Origin: a virus
Virus record (IMG/VR): IMGVR_UViG_3300032245_000473
Coordinates: 1 to 64,000 of that record
Length of the DNA stretch: 64,000 nucleotides
Direction: 5' to 3' (one strand)
The notes beneath the pieces were generated by a model that saw nothing but the letters and a program-made list of their open reading frames with translations, was not told where the DNA came from and made no database searches. The number at the start of each line of letters is the position of its first letter. Position 1 is the stretch's first letter. Shown one piece after another: positions 9,379 through 18,683 of the stretch. Position numbers and translations under genes: made by a program.

Positions 9379-10935
9379 ATGACGACAACGCATGGTGGGT
9401 TCCTCATCCCAAATGCTGACGGCGTGTTCAGCACGAAGATGTCGGAACCCGACCAGATCGACTTCAACATCCTCGGCAACTCCCGTTGGGGCGTGGTCTA
9501 CGGCTGTGAGGTAACCGTATCGGGAACGGTTGCCTCCACAGCCGTGGGTTCTAACGGTGTTGCCCTCGTCAACGGCACTGTTGTCGCCATGACCGGCGGG
9601 CAGAGCGTGACGTTGGGGGCGGGCGGATCGCAGCCGCGATTCGACCTCATCGGTGTGAATATCGGTGGGACGCTTGTGTCGGTCCCCGGTAATCCCGCTG
9701 CCGATCCCCTGTTTCCTGATGTTCCTGCGAACATCACCGTTCTAGCGGCGGTGTATGTACCCATCGGAAGCAGCCAGTTTGAGTCGACGTATACCGACAA
9801 GCGGAACATGCTTCAGCCGGTATTCGTCGCCACGGTGAACGGCGACGGGCCAGTCCTTCTCAACCGTTATGCCGGTAACGACGTGTTCCGCATCGACGGT
9901 AACGGCCGTTTGGAGTGGAATAACTCCGACACGTATCTGTACCGCTCAGGAGTGGGGACCTTGCGCCTCCACTCTTCTTTCGTCATCGACAGCGGACTCA
10001 ACGTCGGTTCCGACGCTGTAGTCGCAGGTGACGCCCTCATCAGTGGGGACATGCGCTCGTATAACCTCCGCAAAGAGGCTTCTTTCCCCTCAGCCCCCAA
10101 GGGAACAATTCTTCAGTACACGGGTGGCGGGGCAAACGAGGGCAGGGTCTACATCCAGACATCGTCCACTGTGACGATGAACTGGGAGGAAATCAGTACC
10201 GCTTCCAACACCAACCAGCCCGGTGACATCAAGCAGTCCATGCGCTCCGCAGCGCAGATGCCGGGATGGATTCCTCTTGCTGGTCAGCGGGTTACTGAGG
10301 ATCAATACCCGCTGCTGTTCCTTGTGGAAGGTCTTCAGCCCTACATCACTAACGCCAGCCCCCGGTACATGGACCTTCCTGACGCCACTCAGCGCACGCT
10401 GATTGGTTCTGTCACTCCCGGCGTGGTTGGCGGGTCGAATACCGTAACTCTCTCCATCAGCAATCTCCCGTCACACTCTCACAGCGTGTCAGTAAACGAT
10501 GCTGGCGAGCATGACCACACCGCTACTTCCAGCCCATCTGGAGGGCATTCGCACGGGACGGTGGACGGCGGGACACATGACCACAAGGTCATCGACAATG
10601 GGCATAAGCACGGCCCCGCAGTTATTGGTCAGGGATACATCATGGTCGATGTGCTTGGTGACTCTAACTTGGACAGCGTCCAAGCAGATATGTCGCATTC
10701 ATGGAGAACTAAGCCGTGGGAGTACACGGCCCCCGCAAAGACCGGTATCCAAATCGACAGTTCGTCGGGGTCCCACGACCATGTCACGACAAACGAACCA
10801 AACCACACTCATACCTTGACAGTGGACGCCACCCCGGCTCATAGCCACACGGTCAACGAATCGACCGTCGGTAACGGCGCACCCGTCAACATCGTTCCGA
10901 AGTACCTGACCGTCTACACCTACATCAAGGTGTGA
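9379..10935 (+). CDS. Fibre protein with collar domain and HxH-rich needle tip
   Basis: PGDIKQS...MPGWIPLAGQ...QYPLLF collar motif; GGSNTVTLSISNLPSHSH; eight HxH motifs; C-terminal PKYLTVYTYIK. Confidence 0.8.
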   Translation: MTTTHGGFLIPNADGVFSTKMSEPDQIDFNILGNSRWGVVYGCEVTVSGTVASTAVGSNGVALVNGTVVAMTGGQSVTLGAGGSQPRFDLIGVNIGGTLVSVPGNPAADPLFPDVPANITVLAAVYVPIGSSQFESTYTDKRNMLQPVFVATVNGDGPVLLNRYAGNDVFRIDGNGRLEWNNSDTYLYRSGVGTLRLHSSFVIDSGLNVGSDAVVAGDALISGDMRSYNLRKEASFPSAPKGTILQYTGGGANEGRVYIQTSSTVTMNWEEISTASNTNQPGDIKQSMRSAAQMPGWIPLAGQRVTEDQYPLLFLVEGLQPYITNASPRYMDLPDATQRTLIGSVTPGVVGGSNTVTLSISNLPSHSHSVSVNDAGEHDHTATSSPSGGHSHGTVDGGTHDHKVIDNGHKHGPAVIGQGYIMVDVLGDSNLDSVQADMSHSWRTKPWEYTAPAKTGIQIDSSSGSHDHVTTNEPNHTHTLTVDATPAHSHTVNESTVGNGAPVNIVPKYLTVYTYIKV

Positions 10936-11531
10936 CGATGGACACCACCTCCGCAACCGCAAGTGCGGTAGCGATTGGTGCCGCAGTTGTAGCCAAGGAC
11001 GGCTACAAGGTCACTGGTCGAACCGGCTGGGGTGGGTACACTCGCATTCAGAGTTCCACAGTCCAGTGGACAGAGGTAGGTGACACCTTGCCCGGCCAAC
11101 CGGTCTACGATACGCCAGTGCCCTTCTACGTGTCCCCCTCTTCCCTTACCGCAATTACGATTGTGGGCGGAAGAACTTTCGACGTGATCATGACGATCAC
11201 TTCCGTGCCTTCGCTGGTGGGCGGAGAAATCGTTGCTCAGGTGCGCGCCGATAACCAGTACGGAATGCTCTTGGCGACCATGCATGCTGAAATCATGGAT
11301 GCCACACATGTTCGGTTCTGGCTGTCCCCTTACGAGACGCAGGTTGCCACGTCGTATGGAACCACCAGAGGCGTCTGGGATGCGGAGATTCGTCAGAACG
11401 GCACCGAGGTCACCATCATTCCTCAAAGCCGAGTAACCCTTCAGCAGGGCGTGACCCAACTGAATGGCAGTTACCCCATCCCGACCGATGGAACCGGTTA
11501 TGCCTATAACGCTGTGGTGGTGACTTCATGA
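10932..11531 (+). CDS. Putative virion structural protein
   Basis: 199-aa coupled ORF; beta-rich, GVWDAEI motif typical of BppU-like adaptors. Confidence 0.6.
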   Translation: MTMDTTSATASAVAIGAAVVAKDGYKVTGRTGWGGYTRIQSSTVQWTEVGDTLPGQPVYDTPVPFYVSPSSLTAITIVGGRTFDVIMTITSVPSLVGGEIVAQVRADNQYGMLLATMHAEIMDATHVRFWLSPYETQVATSYGTTRGVWDAEIRQNGTEVTIIPQSRVTLQQGVTQLNGSYPIPTDGTGYAYNAVVVTS

Positions 11532-11932
11532 AGTACATCGCCCTACGCAGTCTTCTTGCGACCGGACTGTTGGACTGGGCTACGGCACGTGTCTTTGCCG
11601 TTGCTGTGGGTAACCACACTTTCAACGAGACAGATACAAACCTGTTCGACATGCAACTGGGCGGCGTTACTGTGCTTTCCGTCGCCCCTCTGATGGGCAA
11701 GGAAGTAACCACTGACGGTTGGGCTTCTTCTCAGCCGGTCTTGCTACCAGTGGTGCAATCTGGCGGACCCTATGACTTGATCCTTTTCTTGGATACCAAC
11801 GGCGACCGAAGTGGATACGCCCCCCTTGTCTGCTTCGATAACGCCATCACTACTGCTACCAACGGGGATGTGATCGTTCGTCCTGAAGGATTCATGGCGA
11901 CAAACAACACCGGAAAATGGTTTCAGTTCTAA
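11528..11932 (+). CDS. Small fibre-subunit-like protein
   Basis: 134 aa; similar size and pattern to the 14394-type small virion proteins (TNGDVIV...KWFQF C-terminus). Confidence 0.6.
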   Translation: MKYIALRSLLATGLLDWATARVFAVAVGNHTFNETDTNLFDMQLGGVTVLSVAPLMGKEVTTDGWASSQPVLLPVVQSGGPYDLILFLDTNGDRSGYAPLVCFDNAITTATNGDVIVRPEGFMATNNTGKWFQF

Positions 11933-12798
11933 TGTCTGCTACCGCTCCCACTCTGGAAGGAATTGTCCTGTCGGCACGAAACCTGCTGCGCGACTTTCCT
12001 CTGTTCTTTGAAGTAGACCTTGGACCTCTAAGGGTTAGCACTATCCGTCTTCCCCACCCGAACGTGGAAGGCGACACTCTTCAGGTTTATACCGCAGCCC
12101 AACCGGGTCCGAACGCTGTTGATGCAGAACACCTTGTCATGCTTCCGGTTACAGCGTGGACAGTTGACGAGAGAAACGGGCTGTTGAAGTTCTCTTCGAC
12201 GGAATACCAAGGTCAGCGTGTGTTCGTAGCCGGGTATCACTACGAGTGGTTCTTGAACGCTGACCTTGCGTTCTACGCTTCGGCCACTGTCGGAGAGCAT
12301 TTCTTTCAGCGCCACGACCAGAACTTGTCCTCAATCAGTACGGTTGAACTGGATGTGATCGCTATGGGCACCGTGGTCCGTGCCCTTTGGTCATTGGTAA
12401 CTGAGTTCAGTACTGATATTGATGTGAACAGCCCTGAGGGCATGTTCATCCCAGCCCGTCAGCGGTTCCAGCAGGTATGGCAAATGTTGGAGTACTGGGA
12501 GAAGCAATACGACGAGAGGGCAAAGAGCCTCAATGTTGGGCTTCAGAACATCGACATCTTCAACCTGCGACGGGTTGCGAAGATGACTGGAAGGTTCGTC
12601 CCGATGTACAAGGACCGGGAATACGACGACCATAACCCCCCGACTCGCGTGTACCAGAACATCCCTGACCTGTCTACGCACGACCCCGGCCCCGGTGTCG
12701 GTGGAACCCCAGTAGCAACAGTGGAAGAGATCGGCCGTGAGTCCGCTGACCTTGGGTTTGGTGGCTGGCAGTCCGGTGGAACCAACGGGGGCATCTAA
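11932..12798 (+). CDS. Head-tail adaptor/neck protein
   Basis: TAATG-coupled; DIDVNSPEGMFIPARQRFQQ and LRRVAKMTGRFVPMYKDREYDD motifs; position in neck cluster. Confidence 0.65.
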   Translation: MSATAPTLEGIVLSARNLLRDFPLFFEVDLGPLRVSTIRLPHPNVEGDTLQVYTAAQPGPNAVDAEHLVMLPVTAWTVDERNGLLKFSSTEYQGQRVFVAGYHYEWFLNADLAFYASATVGEHFFQRHDQNLSSISTVELDVIAMGTVVRALWSLVTEFSTDIDVNSPEGMFIPARQRFQQVWQMLEYWEKQYDERAKSLNVGLQNIDIFNLRRVAKMTGRFVPMYKDREYDDHNPPTRVYQNIPDLSTHDPGPGVGGTPVATVEEIGRESADLGFGGWQSGGTNGGI

Positions 12799-13157
12799 TG
12801 TCCCGGTTGGCGCTGTTCCACGGAACAGCAAACTGGTTCCTTCCCGGCGCAAAGGTTGATCCTTCTTGGCACGGTCTTCTTGGCGTTACACCGAAGAGGG
12901 TGCTTGGGCGCAATATACAACCTGCTGCTTGGGGGTCCACATCCTTGGAGGGTGCGGCAAGGTACTCCGCAGCCAAGGGTGAGCGATCTGCACAGCCTCC
13001 TCTCTTCTCCCCGGTGTACGAGGTAGAGCCAACTAGCCCTAAAGAAGATTTGAAGCGAATCAACTGGGATACCGGAGAGTCTTACGTGGGCGACCCTCAC
13101 GGGATGACTGTGAAGCGGCTGGCTGGTTACGCCGATTACAACGGGGAGGTGATGTGA
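12798..13157 (+). CDS. ADP-ribosyltransferase, Arr-like
   Basis: LFHGT...LPGAKVDP, AWGSTSLEGAARY and VYEVEPT..KED follow the Arr (rifampin ART) family pattern. Confidence 0.65.
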   Translation: MSRLALFHGTANWFLPGAKVDPSWHGLLGVTPKRVLGRNIQPAAWGSTSLEGAARYSAAKGERSAQPPLFSPVYEVEPTSPKEDLKRINWDTGESYVGDPHGMTVKRLAGYADYNGEVM

Positions 13158-13777
13158 TGGCTATCGACCCTCGTCGTGAGGCCGGGCACGTCGCCCGAGA
13201 ATTCACTCGGTACCAGAACACAGTTGGCGAAGCCGTGCTGTGGTACGTGTTTGACACGGTCAACAGCCAGTATGACTCGGTGTACGACGAGGGATACCGT
13301 CGTTACGAACTGCCTCTAAGAGTTCCAGTACTTTGGACTGACCAGCAGGAAGCCGCCGAGGATTACTCACCGGAAGGCCGTCGACCCTCCCAGCGACTAC
13401 GTTTCGCTGTCGGAGCGAGGCAGTTGTTTGAGCAAGGAATCTCGGTTACCGAGGCCCATGGGAACAGGATTTCTGATACTCAGGTATCACCTGTGTGGAA
13501 GGACGACCGACTCAACGACCTCATCTTCTACGACGGCAGGTTCTACGAGATCAGCAACTTCCAGATTCGTGGCCGTCTACAAGGTGAAGATGTGGTCATC
13601 GGTGTGTCTTGTATCGAGACGAAACCTGCGGATGAGTTGAACTTGGATAACGTCCCCGACGCTTGGTTCCCGGTTCCCCCGTTGAACCCGACTACCCCAA
13701 CCACTCCTGAAGTGGTTCTCGGTCCTACTGCCCCCACCAATCCTCAGGTGGGAGACATCTGGCTGGATACGCAGTGA
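13157..13777 (+). CDS. Head-closure/neck protein with C-terminal PxxGDIWLDT tail
   Basis: YDSVYDEG, RLNDLIFYDGRFYEI..FQIRG motifs; position; Pro/Thr linker then APTNPQVGDIWLDTQ. Confidence 0.65.
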   Translation: MAIDPRREAGHVAREFTRYQNTVGEAVLWYVFDTVNSQYDSVYDEGYRRYELPLRVPVLWTDQQEAAEDYSPEGRRPSQRLRFAVGARQLFEQGISVTEAHGNRISDTQVSPVWKDDRLNDLIFYDGRFYEISNFQIRGRLQGEDVVIGVSCIETKPADELNLDNVPDAWFPVPPLNPTTPTTPEVVLGPTAPTNPQVGDIWLDTQ

Positions 13778-14019
13778 AACATCTCCTCTTCGTAGGACAA
13801 ACATTTGGGAGGGGAATTGTCACCTCAGTCGGACGACGAAATGGGAAACGTGGTGCCACTCTTCGCTGCACGTGCGGCAAGGAGTACTGGACTCAAGCGT
13901 CCAACCTATTCCGAGAGCCGGGTACTGTCTCTTGCGGATGCTATAAAGCGGAGAGAGCAAGAAACTCCCGTATCCACCACAGCACCGATGCATGGTGTAA
14001 CATTGTCGTTGGATACTGA
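13774..14019 (+). pseudogene. Truncated homing endonuclease (N-terminal Cys domain only)
   Basis: GQTFGR..V...CTCG......NL....TVSCGC is the N-terminal module of phage HNH/AP2 endonucleases; no HNH domain follows. Confidence 0.65.
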
Positions 14020-14030
14020 TTGAGGAAATC

Positions 14031-14381
14031 ATGAGTAACGCATCGGGACATAGCGCAGCCTTCAACGCCGGGATCGTGGTCCGCATGGACACCAACTGGC
14101 AATGCAATTCCTGTGGGATGCAGCACGTCGAACCGGCAAGGGCCGAAGTCATCACTCCCATGCATGCATGTGGCGGGATGGCGGGGGCTTGGGTGCCGTT
14201 CGTACCCGCAAATTCGACTGCTCGCTTGCGAGTGGAAGAACGGCAGGATTACATCGGCAAAGACACTCCATTCTTGGATGCCAAAGGCCGTCCGATCATG
14301 TCGGTTTACACAATGCGGGAGGATGGCGAGGATTGCCATATTCTCGCCCCCGCCGTCAACCTGAACATCCAAGCCTCATAA
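14031..14381 (+). CDS. Zn-binding hypothetical protein
   Basis: WQCNSC...MHAC, ERQDYIG, GRPIMSVYTMREDGEDC; GAGG RBS. Confidence 0.7.
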   Translation: MSNASGHSAAFNAGIVVRMDTNWQCNSCGMQHVEPARAEVITPMHACGGMAGAWVPFVPANSTARLRVEERQDYIGKDTPFLDAKGRPIMSVYTMREDGEDCHILAPAVNLNIQAS

Positions 14382-14393
14382 GGAGACAACACC

Positions 14394-14867
14394 ATGGCGT
14401 TCACCGCCTCCGCAATTTTCCGTCAGATGGTCGCCGATACCTTCGCTGGTACGGCGGTCTTCGACCTCAACGCCCCCACCGATGTCTACAAGGTGGCCCT
14501 GTACAACAACACCGGCACCCCTGACAAGGACGCTACCGCTGCTTTGTCGACGTACGCCGCTGCTACCAGCGCATGGGTCACCGGCAACGAGGTCAGTCAG
14601 GCCGTGACGTGGCCGGTCGGTGGCGTTACCGCTGCCTCGCTGACGATCACGACCCCGTCCTCGGGCGTCATCATGTTCGACGCCGCCGACACTGCCTCGG
14701 GCGCTTCGGCCACCCTGTCGAACGTGTACGGCAGCCTCATCTACAACGACACCAAGAGCCCCAAGCAGGGCGTCTGCTACAACTACTTCGGTGGTGCCAA
14801 CAGCGTGACCAGCGGCGTCCTCACCGTGGTGTGGAACGCCAACGGCATCTTCCGCATCACCGTCTGA
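14394..14867 (+). CDS. Small virion fibre/decoration subunit (type A)
   Basis: 157 aa; YKVALY, GNEVS, FDAAD, GVCYNYFGG, WNANGIF; AAGGAG RBS; codon bias like MCP. Confidence 0.75.
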   Translation: MAFTASAIFRQMVADTFAGTAVFDLNAPTDVYKVALYNNTGTPDKDATAALSTYAAATSAWVTGNEVSQAVTWPVGGVTAASLTITTPSSGVIMFDAADTASGASATLSNVYGSLIYNDTKSPKQGVCYNYFGGANSVTSGVLTVVWNANGIFRITV

Positions 14868-14882
14868 CCTGCCCCCACAGGA

Positions 14883-14921
14883 GAGAAGCCCGAGGGGTTC
14901 CTATCCCCCTCGGGCTTTCTC
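14883..14921 (+). terminator. Intrinsic terminator
   Basis: AAGCCCGAGGGG...CCCCTCGGGCTT stem followed by TCTC. Confidence 0.7.
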
Positions 14922-14951
14922 ATACCCATCGTCATACCTCATCGGAGAATC

Positions 14952-15110
14952 ATGGACATCCCGTACAACTCTGAGCAAGTCATCCAGTTGCTGGCTGACC
15001 AAATCGCTGCCTTGACGCGTGACAACGCCATCCTTCTTTCGGCGTTGCAGGTCGCCCAATCGGTTCAGCAATCGCAGTACGATTCAGGAGAGAATACGCC
15101 TCCCGCATAG
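14952..15110 (+). CDS. Small coiled-coil protein (52 aa; not in ORF track)
   Basis: GGAG RBS; MDIPYNSEQVIQLLADQIAALTRDNAILLSAL... Confidence 0.65.
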   Translation: MDIPYNSEQVIQLLADQIAALTRDNAILLSALQVAQSVQQSQYDSGENTPPA

Positions 15111-15130
15111 TCGGGTTAGAAAGGACACCC

Positions 15131-15514
15131 ATGGCTACTGGACTCGCACCCGCAGGGGCAAACACACCGCTGGACGCAATCCGAACGGACACGCCGTTCA
15201 TTCAACTTCATGTTGGTGACCCCGGTGTAAGTGGTGTCGCTAATAAGGCGACCGAAGTCACCCGTAAGGCGGTGACGTTCGGCGCAGCCACCAACTCTGC
15301 TGGCACGTCCACCATGACGAACACGGCGCAAGTGCAATGGACGAACATCGCCGGTTCGCAGGATGCGACGCACTTCACGATCTGGAACACCGCTACGGAC
15401 GGCACTGGTACCTTCAAGTTCTCTGGCACCATCACCGCCAACCCGTACACGGCCGGTGACACGTTCACCGCTGCTGTGGGTGCCATCGTTCTCACTATCA
15501 CAACGGCAGGCTGA
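15131..15514 (+). CDS. Small virion fibre subunit (type B)
   Basis: 127 aa; IQLHVGDPG, TRKAVTFGAA, THFTIW, AGDTFT; AAAGGA RBS. Confidence 0.75.
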   Translation: MATGLAPAGANTPLDAIRTDTPFIQLHVGDPGVSGVANKATEVTRKAVTFGAATNSAGTSTMTNTAQVQWTNIAGSQDATHFTIWNTATDGTGTFKFSGTITANPYTAGDTFTAAVGAIVLTITTAG

Positions 15515-15519
15515 TCTAG

Positions 15520-15942
15520 ATGGCACTCGGATTCTCCACCACGCTCCGCAACAACCAACTGGATCAGATCACTAGCGCAGCGGGCGCAGCAGCCAAACTC
15601 CAGTTCTACGATGGCGGTTCCACACCGTTGACGCTGGGACAGAGGCCCGCCACCGGCTTGACGCCGCTCACCGGCTACACCAAGTTGGCTGAACTGACTT
15701 GCAACGCCACGTTTGCGCCGTCAGCGACAGGTGGTGTGTTGACATTGAACGCTGTTACTAGCGCAGCAGCGTTGGCGACCGGCACCGCCATCTGGTTCCG
15801 CATCACCACCTCGGGTGGCACGTTCGTGATGGACGGCACCGTGGGTCAAAGTGGCCAAGACCTCAACATGTCCACAACCTCGTTCGTGCAGTCGGCAACG
15901 ATCAGCGTAACCTCGTTCACCATCACGGCAGGCAACCCGTAA
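15520..15942 (+). CDS. Small virion fibre subunit (type C)
   Basis: 140 aa; TLRNNQLD, LQFYDG...RPAT, GTAIWFRI, MDGTVG, VTSFTITAGN. Confidence 0.75.
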   Translation: MALGFSTTLRNNQLDQITSAAGAAAKLQFYDGGSTPLTLGQRPATGLTPLTGYTKLAELTCNATFAPSATGGVLTLNAVTSAAALATGTAIWFRITTSGGTFVMDGTVGQSGQDLNMSTTSFVQSATISVTSFTITAGNP

Positions 15943-16286
15943 TGGCAGTCACCCTTGCTGCGGGCAACACCTACACGGCAACCACAGCCTCACCCGGCAC
16001 CGCCGTTCACACCGTCACCACCGCAGGCACGTTCACGTTCCACATCGACCTGACCACTATGGCAGCAGGTGACGTAGTGGAACTTCGCATCTACTCCAAG
16101 GTGCTAACCGGCTCAACACCGCGTGTCGTGTATTACCAGCAGTACCGCAACGCCCAAGCAACAGACAACGCCGTCCAGATCAGCGTGCCAATCTCCAACG
16201 ATCTTGTAGAAGCAAACGCACTCCAGTTCTACGTCTATCAAAGCGTGAACCGAAGTTTGCCGTGGAAAGTATTGCAGTACGTCTAA
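15942..16286 (+). CDS. Small beta-rich virion protein
   Basis: 114 aa, TAATG-coupled; AGDVVELRIY...PWKVL. Confidence 0.7.
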   Translation: MAVTLAAGNTYTATTASPGTAVHTVTTAGTFTFHIDLTTMAAGDVVELRIYSKVLTGSTPRVVYYQQYRNAQATDNAVQISVPISNDLVEANALQFYVYQSVNRSLPWKVLQYV

Positions 16287-16927
16287 TGGCATGGTGGCCC
16301 GGAGAGAACCTCCAAGTCTCAGGAGGCAACGTCTTTGTCGGGCCAATGTCCCCACAAGGCAACATTCCTGACTTCCTCAACCTGTTCGGTAACGGCTTCA
16401 CCAGCGCAAGCGCAATCAACGCAGACACCTCATACGTTGCGTTGCCGTTCGATCTCCAGAACTGGACACGCGTGGAACGCGTATGGGGACGCGTACTCAC
16501 CAACACCGCCGTCAGCACCACGCTCACCTACCAGTTCGGCATCTATGACGAAGGCACATGGAACGGCACCACATGGGTGTCCACCCTGCAATGCGCCACA
16601 GCAACCGGCCTCACCCCAGCCAACTTCGGCAACAACAGCACCATCGGTGGCAGCGCACCATTCAGCAGCCCCACGCTGCTAGCACCCGGCGTCTACTACT
16701 TCACTCAACAGATCAGCAACGCCACCGCCACCGGAGCAACCGCCACACCCGGCGCAACCACCGTCGGCAAGAACCGTGTCATGGGAGTCCGTGAAGCCGT
16801 GTTCAACTCCGCACCCAACACGGGCACCGCGATGCCTGCGACGATCACATGGCGCGCACCCGGTTCCATGACATCGACATGGAATCCGGTCACCAACTTC
16901 ACCATCGTTGGAACGGTCGTGACCTAA
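16286..16927 (+). CDS. Fibre tip/receptor-binding paralogue 1
   Basis: TAATG-coupled; shares PF...GIY...LxPGxYY pattern with the next three genes. Confidence 0.7.
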   Translation: MAWWPGENLQVSGGNVFVGPMSPQGNIPDFLNLFGNGFTSASAINADTSYVALPFDLQNWTRVERVWGRVLTNTAVSTTLTYQFGIYDEGTWNGTTWVSTLQCATATGLTPANFGNNSTIGGSAPFSSPTLLAPGVYYFTQQISNATATGATATPGATTVGKNRVMGVREAVFNSAPNTGTAMPATITWRAPGSMTSTWNPVTNFTIVGTVVT

Positions 16928-17538
16928 TGCTGTATCCCGTCCCGTATCAGTCACCGGCACCTGTCGTGTTTGGGCCGTTCTCCTCGGACAACATGGGTGA
17001 GTACGCCCTTATCCAGTCGTGGACATGGACCACCGGGACGAGTACACAGAATAATCCGTTTTTGTACGGTATACCGTTTACTTTGCAATCTCCTGTTTTG
17101 GCACAAAGAATATCGGCATCAACCGCTAGTCCGAGTGTCACATATGATTACATCTTTGCCATTTATGATGATCGTGGCGTATTGCAAGCCCAGACACTTG
17201 CATATGGTCTTTCCTCAGGAAATCCACGACCGGGAGGTGGAGCACTCTCAAACGTAACCGCAGGTCTTTTTCCGCTCACCTCGGCTACCACTCTTATGGC
17301 AGGTAATTATTACCTGTCATTTATTGCGTATATGGGAGTGGGAACAGGAGGAACTGGACTAAATGCCGCTTCTACGTCCACACCCATTCAGACCAACGTC
17401 GCTCTCGGCGTGAAAGAAGCCGATGTTGCATGGAATCCGGGTACGTCGACATCACTACCGTCTACCGTGACATGGCGTACACCAACCATCACCCAATGCG
17501 CCCTAGTTCAGATTCAGGGAATCGGGGTGAGCATCTAA
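16927..17538 (+). CDS. Fibre tip/receptor-binding paralogue 2 (AT-richer)
   Basis: IPFTL...FAIYDD...LMAGNYYLSF; TAATG-coupled at both ends. Confidence 0.7.
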   Translation: MLYPVPYQSPAPVVFGPFSSDNMGEYALIQSWTWTTGTSTQNNPFLYGIPFTLQSPVLAQRISASTASPSVTYDYIFAIYDDRGVLQAQTLAYGLSSGNPRPGGGALSNVTAGLFPLTSATTLMAGNYYLSFIAYMGVGTGGTGLNAASTSTPIQTNVALGVKEADVAWNPGTSTSLPSTVTWRTPTITQCALVQIQGIGVSI

Positions 17539-18116
17539 TGGACTTCCCCGGAATTTGGGTACAGCCCCTTATGGTATCCACAATGGGGCGTTATGGCACG
17601 CTAGAACCTGCCATGTCGATGCTAAACGGCCCTGTCTTACCCGCAAGCGGAACATTCGGGGCTGCTACGGGTGACGCTGTTCTAGCACCGTTCACCATCC
17701 CCGGCCCATGCCTCATCTCGTCAATGTGGTGGTACAACGGCACCACCTCAGCAGGAAACATCGACGTAGGCATCTACACGGTCAACACGGGCGGCACCAC
17801 CGTCACCCGGCTTTGCTCCACGGGTGCAGTCGCACAAGGCACCGTCAGCATCTTGCAATCTGCCAACATCACCGCAGGCAACATCCGGTTAGAACCGGGC
17901 ACCTACTATTTGGCGATTGCCAACTCGTCTACCGGAACCTTATTCGGGAGAGTCGTCCCAACAACAGCGGCCAACGCACAGTATGCGTTCGGTTGGCAGA
18001 CAGCAGCAACAAGCGGCGGCACAGGCACCCTCGCCACCACCCTTACCGCAGCCACATGGACAGGACTACGGTATCCCGTGTTCGGGTTCAGCCGCCTGCC
18101 GTCCGGTCAATACTAA
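17538..18116 (+). CDS. Fibre tip/receptor-binding paralogue 3
   Basis: MDFPGIWVQPL...WWYNG...GNIDVGIY...STGAVAQ...LEPGTYYLA. Confidence 0.75.
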   Translation: MDFPGIWVQPLMVSTMGRYGTLEPAMSMLNGPVLPASGTFGAATGDAVLAPFTIPGPCLISSMWWYNGTTSAGNIDVGIYTVNTGGTTVTRLCSTGAVAQGTVSILQSANITAGNIRLEPGTYYLAIANSSTGTLFGRVVPTTAANAQYAFGWQTAATSGGTGTLATTLTAATWTGLRYPVFGFSRLPSGQY

Positions 18117-18125
18117 GGTTGCGGC

Positions 18126-18683
18126 ATGGACTTCCCCGGTGAATGGGTACAGCCCTTGATGATCTCGTCATTGGGCCGGTACAGCAACTTCGGCCTCTCC
18201 TACACCGCCCTGTCTGCTCCTGCCGCACCCGCATCCGGTGCCATGCAATCCGTCAACGGGCAAACCTGCCTCATTGGTTTCACACTTCCCGGCCCGTACA
18301 CCATCCGCGCCTTCTGGGTTTACAACGGTGCCACCGTCAGCGGCAACATCGACCTCGGCATCTACGTCACCAATCCCGGCCAAACCACCCTCAGCCGCAT
18401 CCTGTCCACAGGCGCAACCGCCCAGTCAGGCGGCAGCACGGTGCAAACCGTAACCTGCACTGCCACCCGTCTAGACCGTGGCACCTACTACATGGCGTTG
18501 ACCGCATCCGCTTCTGCGGCCACGTTCTTCAGTATCACCCCGACGTTTGCGTTGGCTGGCGGCATGGGTTGCCACATTGCGACCACCGCAGGCTCGCTGC
18601 CGACCACGATCACACCGGCCACATGGGGGCTGCCCACCTATCGCATCCCGTGGATGGGTTTCTCTAGGAACACGACGATATGA
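18126..18683 (+). CDS. Fibre tip/receptor-binding paralogue 4
   Basis: MDFPGEWVQPL...WVYNG...GNIDLGIY...STGATAQ...LDRGTYYMA; preceded by TAAGGT-N6-ATG. Confidence 0.75.
   Translation: MDFPGEWVQPLMISSLGRYSNFGLSYTALSAPAAPASGAMQSVNGQTCLIGFTLPGPYTIRAFWVYNGATVSGNIDLGIYVTNPGQTTLSRILSTGATAQSGGSTVQTVTCTATRLDRGTYYMALTASASAATFFSITPTFALAGGMGCHIATTAGSLPTTITPATWGLPTYRIPWMGFSRNTTI

Noticed and set aside
12798-13157. Calling the gene arr (rifampicin resistance)
   Set aside because: Only the generic ART motifs match; substrate cannot be inferred, so no gene symbol was assigned.
15942-18683. Paralogue array as a shufflon
   Set aside because: All copies are full-length, same-strand and mostly translationally coupled; no recombinase or flanking inverted crossover sites were seen.
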